Of a stretch of DNA of 44,532 bases, positions 38,797 through 44,532 are shown piece after piece. Every line of letters begins with the position of its first letter. Positions within the stretch are counted from its first letter, which is position 1. Both the position numbers and the translations under genes were made by a program. The notes beneath the pieces are model-generated. The model was not told the origin of the DNA. It searched no databases and saw only the letters and a list, made by a program, of their open reading frames with translations. The stretch is taken from sequence record SRR31156797_4184, one strand, 5' to 3'.

Positions 38797-39711
38797 ATGA
38801 AGATTGTCATCATAGGAGCAACCGGCTTCATAGGCAGAAAGCTGTTTGCTGCACTTAACAATGAGGATTTTGACATAACAGTAGTTTCCAGAGATGTCGA
38901 TTCTGCCAGGGAACAGCTTGGTGAACTTGCAGAATTTTGTGAATGGGATGCCAAATCAAGCGATGATCTGGCCGGAATTTTAAAGGATGCCTGGGCGGTA
39001 ATCAATCTTGCAGGCGAGAACCTGGCTTCAGGCCGCTGGACGCAAAACCGGAAGGAGGAAATCCTTAAAAGCCGCACCGAATCAGTAAATGCGGTTGTTG
39101 AAGCCATCAATAAAATGGAGCAAAAACCGGACGTCTTGATACAGGCTTCAGCCATCGGATATTACGGTTCAGATTTTAAAAATGAAATGGATGAATCTTC
39201 CCCGATGGGCAAAGGGTTTTTGGCCGAGGTTACTAAAGTTTGGGAGGAGGCTACTTCCGGCCTGTCAAAAGAGGTACGCCTTGTATTGCTCCGTACGGGA
39301 GTTGTGCTGGGCCCTGAGGGAGGAGCGCTTACAGAAATGGCCAGGCCGTTCAGGTTTGGTGTGGGTGGATACATTGGTTCAGGGAAGCAATGGTTTTCAT
39401 GGATCCACATCGACGACGAAGTTCGCGCAATACAATTTTTCCTTGAAAACAAAGATACTGAGGGAATCTACAATCTGACTGCCCCGGAACCTGTTACCAT
39501 GAAAGTTTTTGCACGAGAGTTGGGACGGACACTACACCGCCCATCGTGGATACACGTTCCTGCCTTTGCAATAAAACTGATTATGGGCCAAATGGGTGAA
39601 GAAATGCTACTGGGAAGCCAAAAAGTTTTACCAAAGCGGCTTGAGGAAGAAGGATTTAACTTTGACTTTTCGGAAATCAGGCTTGCCCTCACAAACATAT
39701 TTAACTCCTGA
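38797..39711 (+). CDS. TIGR01777-family NAD-dependent epimerase/oxidoreductase
   Basis: MKIVIIGATGFIG, VINLAGE, ASAIGYYG, GSGKQWFSWIHIDD, YNLTAP, LHRP; start refined to ATG 38797. Confidence 0.9.
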   Translation: MKIVIIGATGFIGRKLFAALNNEDFDITVVSRDVDSAREQLGELAEFCEWDAKSSDDLAGILKDAWAVINLAGENLASGRWTQNRKEEILKSRTESVNAVVEAINKMEQKPDVLIQASAIGYYGSDFKNEMDESSPMGKGFLAEVTKVWEEATSGLSKEVRLVLLRTGVVLGPEGGALTEMARPFRFGVGGYIGSGKQWFSWIHIDDEVRAIQFFLENKDTEGIYNLTAPEPVTMKVFARELGRTLHRPSWIHVPAFAIKLIMGQMGEEMLLGSQKVLPKRLEEEGFNFDFSEIRLALTNIFNS

Positions 39712-39864
39712 TTACTACAGATATTTATAATCCTGGTGAATTTATTGGTATGATCTCAAACAAACGCTCACTATCTTTTTTTTAATAATACACCAACATA
39801 TTTGTTTAATATGTGTTTATGAACATTAGACAAAGCGTTAATAAAAAATCAAATGAAGTAAAAA

Positions 39865-42270
39865 ATGTGGAAATCGAAAAGCGTGATGTCATTGGCTATT
39901 TTGCTAATGGCATCGATAAGCATATATGCCCAATCGGGGCGAATTGAGGGGCGGGTGTTCGATTCGAAAAACAACGAGCCTTTGCCTTTTACCAATATCC
40001 TCATTTTCGGGACCAATATCGGAACCACCTCAGACCTGGATGGCAATTTCATTTTCACAGGTCTCGAACCGGGGTTTACCAAACTTGTTGCCACTTCAGT
40101 AGGTTATGAAAAATATGTCTCGGAAGATTTTCTGGTAACTAACGCCAAAACAATTTTTATCGAGCTACCGATGACTGAAACAAGTGTGAATCTTGAAGAG
40201 GTGGTTGTCCGGGCTTCGCCTTTTGCACGCGACCAGGAAAGTCCGGTTTCGCTAAGGCGCTTGAATATTTCTGAAATCGAGCGTAATCCGGGAGCTAACC
40301 GGGATATTTCAAAAGTAATACAATCGCTGCCCGGAGTGGCTTCAACCCCGGCTCAGCGTAATGATGTAATTGTGCGGGGGGGTGGGCCCAGCGAAAATTC
40401 CTTTTTCCTGGAAGGTGTGGAGATTCCAACCATCAATCACTTTGCTACACAGGGAGCGTCAGGTGGCCCGGTTGGAATCATCAATGTGGATTTTATCCGT
40501 GAGGTGAATTTTTATTCCGGAGCTTTTCCGGCCAAACGGGGAAATGCACTCAGCTCTGTAATCGATTTCCGGATGATTGAGCCCAACAAGGACAAATGGT
40601 CTTATCGTGCCACAGTTGGTGCAACAGATTTGGGTTTTACCGCTAATGGTCCGGTGACCGAAAACTCAGGATTGATTTTTTCTGTGAGACGATCCTATTT
40701 ACAGTTTTTATTTGATGTGCTGGGATTACCATTTTTACCCACCTATAACGATCTGCAGTTCAAGTATAAGTGGAACATCAATAAAAAAAACCAGCTCACA
40801 TTTATCGGGCTGGGAGCTATCGACGACAATGTTTTAAACACCGGCATTGAAGATCCGGATGCCGAACAACAATATATCCTGGGCTATTTACCGGAAAACA
40901 AGCAACGGAGCTACACGGTTGGTGCGGTTTATAAACACTTTTCTAAAAATGGCTTTCACCAATTGGTACTCAGTAGGAATGCCCTGAACAACAAGGCCAT
41001 TAAATATTTGGATAACATCGAAACGGAGGATCGAAAAACCTTTGATTACAATTCCACCGAAACTGAAAATAAACTCAGGTATGAATACAGTGGTAGTATG
41101 AATGGCTGGAAATATGATTACGGAGCCGGATTGCAGCTCTCAAATTTCACGGATAATTCTTACCAAAAGCAGTTTATTCAGGGTGATGTAATCGAATTCA
41201 ACAGGAGTACGAACCTGGATTTATTGAGTTGGAGTGCTTTTGGCCAGGTGAGCAGGGCAATTCTTAAAGAACGGCTTACACTTTCATTGGGTATTCGCAT
41301 GGATGCCAATGATTATTCATCTACCATGTCGAATATGTTCGATCAGCTTTCACCACGATTTTCACTTTCGTATGCACTCACCGAAAAATGGTTTCTCAAT
41401 GCCAATACCGGGAAATATTACCAGCGTCCGCCCTACACAACGCTTGGCTATACCGATAATACCGGAGCTTTTGTAAATAAACAAAACGGACTGAAGTACA
41501 TCGGTGTAGATCACTATGTGGCAGGTATTGAACACAGGCCTGATGAACAATCCAAAATAAGCATTGAGGGTTTTTATAAGTTTTATTACGACTATCCTTT
41601 CTCTGTTCTCGACTCGGTGAGTATTGCCAGTAAAGGGGCTGATTTTGGTGTGTTTGGCAACGAAGAGGTCGTTTCCACAGATAAAGGTCAGGCGTATGGT
41701 TTTGAGGTTTATGCCAGGGATACTGACTTCTTTGGGTTTAATACCATATTGTCGTACACGTTTGTACGCAGTAAGTTCGAAGATAAAAATGGCGAGTATA
41801 TCCCGGCGGCCTGGGACAACAAACATTTGCTGAATCTCACCATTTTGCGGAAGTTAAAAAAGAACTGGAATGTAGGTGGTAAATGGCGCTATGTTGGTGG
41901 TACACCCTACACGCCTTTCGATCCTGTAAAATCAAGCTATGTGCAGGCTTGGGATGTGCAGGGCGGCCCATACCTGAATTATGATGAGTTTAACACCCTC
42001 AGGCTCTCGCCATTTCATCAACTTGATGTGCGGGTGGATAAGCAGTATTTCTTCGATAAATGGTCGCTGATGGTTTATGTGGATATCCAAAACCTGTACA
42101 ATTTCCAGTCGGAAAGTGCCCCGATTTATATCCGCGAACTCGATCCACAGGGTAATCCTGTTATCGTTAATCCGGATGCGCCACCGGCAGAGCAACGATA
42201 CCAGCTCGAAGAACTGCAAACCAATTCGGGAACTGTACTGCCTACAATTGGCATCATGGTTGAGTTTTGA
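39865..42270 (+). CDS. TonB-dependent receptor with N-terminal carboxypeptidase-like domain
   Basis: Signal peptide; GRVFD..NEPLPFTNI; LEEVVV; plug LPGV...VRGGGPSEN; GAFPAKRGNALSSV; terminal VEF. Confidence 0.92.
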   Translation: MWKSKSVMSLAILLMASISIYAQSGRIEGRVFDSKNNEPLPFTNILIFGTNIGTTSDLDGNFIFTGLEPGFTKLVATSVGYEKYVSEDFLVTNAKTIFIELPMTETSVNLEEVVVRASPFARDQESPVSLRRLNISEIERNPGANRDISKVIQSLPGVASTPAQRNDVIVRGGGPSENSFFLEGVEIPTINHFATQGASGGPVGIINVDFIREVNFYSGAFPAKRGNALSSVIDFRMIEPNKDKWSYRATVGATDLGFTANGPVTENSGLIFSVRRSYLQFLFDVLGLPFLPTYNDLQFKYKWNINKKNQLTFIGLGAIDDNVLNTGIEDPDAEQQYILGYLPENKQRSYTVGAVYKHFSKNGFHQLVLSRNALNNKAIKYLDNIETEDRKTFDYNSTETENKLRYEYSGSMNGWKYDYGAGLQLSNFTDNSYQKQFIQGDVIEFNRSTNLDLLSWSAFGQVSRAILKERLTLSLGIRMDANDYSSTMSNMFDQLSPRFSLSYALTEKWFLNANTGKYYQRPPYTTLGYTDNTGAFVNKQNGLKYIGVDHYVAGIEHRPDEQSKISIEGFYKFYYDYPFSVLDSVSIASKGADFGVFGNEEVVSTDKGQAYGFEVYARDTDFFGFNTILSYTFVRSKFEDKNGEYIPAAWDNKHLLNLTILRKLKKNWNVGGKWRYVGGTPYTPFDPVKSSYVQAWDVQGGPYLNYDEFNTLRLSPFHQLDVRVDKQYFFDKWSLMVYVDIQNLYNFQSESAPIYIRELDPQGNPVIVNPDAPPAEQRYQLEELQTNSGTVLPTIGIMVEF

Positions 42271-42301
42271 TGACTTTGTTTAATTTTAATCAAATAAAAA
42301 G

Positions 42302-43048
42302 ATGGGGAAAATAAACTATTTCGGATCAGCCATAATTTTTATAATCATTCATGTTTTTGGTTTTCAACAAGCTTCGTCACAAAGTAAAACTCCGGAAGTT
42401 ATCCGCACCAATATGGGTGGTTCCGGGCAAAAAATAGTGCTGACCGTAAATGCAGGAAAAGCGCACAATCATCCCATGATGGCCGCGTGGCTGGAGGATA
42501 TGGACGGGAATTTCATGCAAACCATTTATGTAAATGAATCTGTTGCCAAAGGGTATTTTAATTATACCGTTAAAAATGGAGGAAAGTGGGAACCCGGTGA
42601 GGCCGTGAGGCCGGCTTCATTACCGGTTTGGGCACACAGCAGGGGAGTCTCCTCAGGTGACGGGCATTATATGCCGACAAATGAAAATCCTGTTCCGGAT
42701 GCTTTTACATCAGCTACCCCCGAGGCAGATTTTGCGGTTTACAGCAAATCTGATAAACCGCTGAACGGTAAACACAAAATGTTTTTTGAGATTAACCAGT
42801 CGTGGGACTGGAATGATTTCTGGACCAACAGTAAATATCCTGATGATGAAAATTACAAAACTTCATCACAACCCTCCATCATTTATGTTGCTGAAATTGA
42901 TTTTGACAATCCTGAGGAGGAATATATCCTGCAACCATATGGCCACGGGCATTATTCAGGCATAGATGGCAAGATTTATCCTGACCTTTCAACGATTACA
43001 ACAGCACTTAGAATCGTGGATAAAGTAACCGTTTCCATAGAAAGGTGA
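42302..43048 (+). CDS. Exported protein, DUF2271-like
   Basis: Signal peptide; HPMMAAWLED.DGNF.QTIYV, LPVWAH, PDAFTSATP, FEIN motifs. Confidence 0.6.
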   Translation: MGKINYFGSAIIFIIIHVFGFQQASSQSKTPEVIRTNMGGSGQKIVLTVNAGKAHNHPMMAAWLEDMDGNFMQTIYVNESVAKGYFNYTVKNGGKWEPGEAVRPASLPVWAHSRGVSSGDGHYMPTNENPVPDAFTSATPEADFAVYSKSDKPLNGKHKMFFEINQSWDWNDFWTNSKYPDDENYKTSSQPSIIYVAEIDFDNPEEEYILQPYGHGHYSGIDGKIYPDLSTITTALRIVDKVTVSIER

Positions 43049-43092
43049 AAGAGTAGATATAACTTTTTTATGGCTTATTGCTTTAGACACAC

Positions 43093-43125
43093 AAAAAAAT
43101 CTCCCATGCAAAACCACAGGAGATT
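43093..43125 (-). terminator. Probable intrinsic terminator after the YceI gene
   Basis: aatctcc...ggagatt stem followed on - by a T run. Confidence 0.6.
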
Positions 43126-43164
43126 GAGGATATATGTTTAGAAATGAGAAGTCGTTAAAATGAT

Positions 43165-43713
43165 TTACAACGGTTTTAGGTTCACATCAACCGTTACTTC
43201 AACTTCTTTTGCAATGTTATTGATCACTGTTTTTGGAATTTTAATATCGTAGTCGGCTACGGTTACCATGAATTTAGAGGTTCCATGTATTACATCACTT
43301 TTCACCTCAAAAGTCCCTGACTCAGTTATATCTTTGGTAACACCATGGATCGTTAACTTTCCTTTAATTGTAGTCTCGTATTTTCCTGATTTTGAAAAAT
43401 CAATGTCATCCAGATTTTCAACTTTCCCGACAAACATCGCATTGGGATACTTATGTGATTCCAGGTAATTTTCGTTGAAATGCTCCTGCATCAGGGCTTT
43501 TTCAAATTTAAAAGATTTGATCAGCACCTTAAATACAAAATCACCGGATTCTGTGTCCAGGGCTGCATTTACCTGGTTGTTGTGCGCTTCGATGTCCTCC
43601 ACTGGTGTGGATGAAAAAAAGCTGATACTGCCATTTTTGGTAATGTACTTTTGGGCTATGGCCGAAGTACTGATTAAAAACACTGCGATCAAAAAGCTGA
43701 TTTTTATTTTCAT
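43165..43713 (-). CDS. YceI-family lipid/isoprenoid-binding protein
   Basis: ISFFS..P.EDIEA, F.FEKALMQEHFNENYLES.KYP, GKLTIHGVTK, DYDIKIP. Confidence 0.9.
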   Translation of the reverse strand: MKIKISFLIAVFLISTSAIAQKYITKNGSISFFSSTPVEDIEAHNNQVNAALDTESGDFVFKVLIKSFKFEKALMQEHFNENYLESHKYPNAMFVGKVENLDDIDFSKSGKYETTIKGKLTIHGVTKDITESGTFEVKSDVIHGTSKFMVTVADYDIKIPKTVINNIAKEVEVTVDVNLKPL

Positions 43714-43752
43714 TATAGCTGTTATTTAATAAGTTAGCATTCATTTGTTGAT

Positions 43753-44187
43753 TTATTTTACGATTGAACCACTTTCAATGATTACGTCACTTCCGTTATA
43801 TCCCGGACAGAACCCTTTCAGGGTAATTTCTTTCGATCTCGGATGAGCAAGTAATTTTGTTGCATGCTTTTCAAGCATGGTCACACGGATTCCCTCTGCA
43901 CCGAACATGCCCTGTTCAAAAGCGAAAACACCAATCACCAGTGAGTCGGTTTCTTCGATGTTGGTGAGGTTTCCGGTGATTTCGAGTACCTTACCGGTGT
44001 ATTTCTCGCTTGCCCTTTCCGTGTTTGATCTGAATTCATTAAACAGGGCTTTTGCCTGTACACTAAAATCAGGGTCAGCTTTTTCGTAATCTGTGTGTGA
44101 CTTGTTGTAGATAAAAGTGTATCCCACCCAGGCACCTATAGCTCCTAGTATTACAAGCACAATCAAAATTTTTTTCCAGTTTTTCAT
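43753..44187 (-). CDS. Membrane-anchored OB-fold protein (tRNA_anti-like)
   Basis: MKNWKKILIV.. TM anchor; YNKSH, LFNEF..N...A..KYTGKVLEITG, ITLKGFCPG. Start refined to ATG 44187. Confidence 0.75.
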   Translation of the reverse strand: MKNWKKILIVLVILGAIGAWVGYTFIYNKSHTDYEKADPDFSVQAKALFNEFRSNTERASEKYTGKVLEITGNLTNIEETDSLVIGVFAFEQGMFGAEGIRVTMLEKHATKLLAHPRSKEITLKGFCPGYNGSDVIIESGSIVK

Positions 44188-44328
44188 TGGTTTGATTCTT
44201 AAATGAGCAACAATATTAATCTGATATACCGATGTAAACACAACAGGAAGTGCCAGACAGGTAAAAACCCATGCTGAATGGGGAGATTTTAATTTGGGTG
44301 AGTTTTTTTGTTGAATTACAGAAAATGT

Positions 44329-44336
44329 TATTTTTG
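44329..44336 (+). promoter_or_regulatory. -7 element of the tRNA promoter
   Basis: TATTTTTG followed by catccgc; TTTG at 44307-44310. Confidence 0.65.
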
Positions 44337-44357
44337 CATCCGCTTTTTGAAAATCAT

Positions 44358-44474
44358 GGGGCATTAGCTCAGTTGGTGCCGAAAAACAGAAGCTATGCTT
44401 CATAATTTTTCGAGCATCCTCGAAAATTCAGGAAAATCACAGATTTTCTAATTTTCGGGACTAGAGCGTTTGAC
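44358..44474 (+). pseudogene. Duplicated 5' half of tRNA-Ala interrupted in the D-loop by an 84-nt structured insertion
   Basis: ggggcattagctcagttgg (44358-44376) + insert (44377-44460) + ctagagcgtttgac (44461-44474). Joining the two outer parts gives exactly the first 33 nt of the tRNA at 44498. No T-arm or 3' acceptor strand follows. Confidence 0.85.
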
Positions 44475-44482
44475 CCGTAAAC

Positions 44483-44490
44483 AGTTCTTT
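44483..44490 (+). promoter_or_regulatory. boxA-like antitermination motif in the tRNA leader
   Basis: AGTTCTTT, 7 nt upstream of the tRNA 5' end. Confidence 0.45.
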
Positions 44491-44497
44491 AAAATTT

Positions 44498-44532
44498 GGG
44501 GCATTAGCTCAGTTGGCTAGAGCGTTTGACTG
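44498..44532 (+). tRNA. tRNA-Ala, probably anticodon GGC (5' part; cut by the window edge)
   Basis: GGGGCAT-TA-GCTC-AGTTGGCTA-GAGC-G-TTTGA-CT-G: acceptor 5' strand with G3, paired D-stem GCTC/GAGC, anticodon starting with G. The 3' half is not visible. Confidence 0.8.

Noticed and set aside
39803-39832. TnnACA-like repeats (TGTTTA twice, 11 bp apart) as a CarH/LitR operator
   Set aside because: Only two phased copies in AT-rich DNA and no regulator in the window; too weak to call.
44188-44403. N-terminal extension of the 43753-44403 ORF
   Set aside because: It overlaps the tRNA promoter and pseudo-tRNA; the ATG at 44187 gives a proper TM anchor.
44358-44532. Group I intron or prophage att site at the tRNA
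   Set aside because: The insert is only 84 nt, lies in the D-loop and lacks intron core elements; the duplicated part is the 5' half and no integrase is visible.

Overview
Mostly core-genome window from a Bacteroidota, probably a Bacteroidales-like environmental lineage. Support: TAnnTTTG promoters, a porG-uppS-bamA-skp-skp operon, Bacteroides-type sdhCAB and a T9SS cargo protein. From left to right it contains: two tandem hybrid histidine kinases (the first runs off the left edge and is absent from the ORF track); udk; several outer-membrane barrels and lipoproteins; a PrsW-fold protein lacking most catalytic residues; rsgA, a CBS protein, an Omp85 protein and nadK; the BAM/Skp operon; two hydrolases; sdhCAB; a T9SS cargo gene behind a G9 tract and phased direct repeats; an orphan receiver-Schlafen/AlbA_2 fusion; a light/oxidative-stress cluster (TspO-like, ovoA, crtZ-phrB, bcp, TIGR01777); a TonB receptor with a DUF2271-like partner; YceI and OB-fold genes. 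At the right edge is a tRNA-Ala gene preceded by a duplicated tRNA 5' half whose D-loop is split by an 84-nt structured insertion. The most unusual items are the REC-Schlafen fusion, the interrupted tRNA-half duplicate, the dead PrsW homolog and ovoA inside a photoprotection cluster. Family assignments come from motif recognition only; no searches were run.
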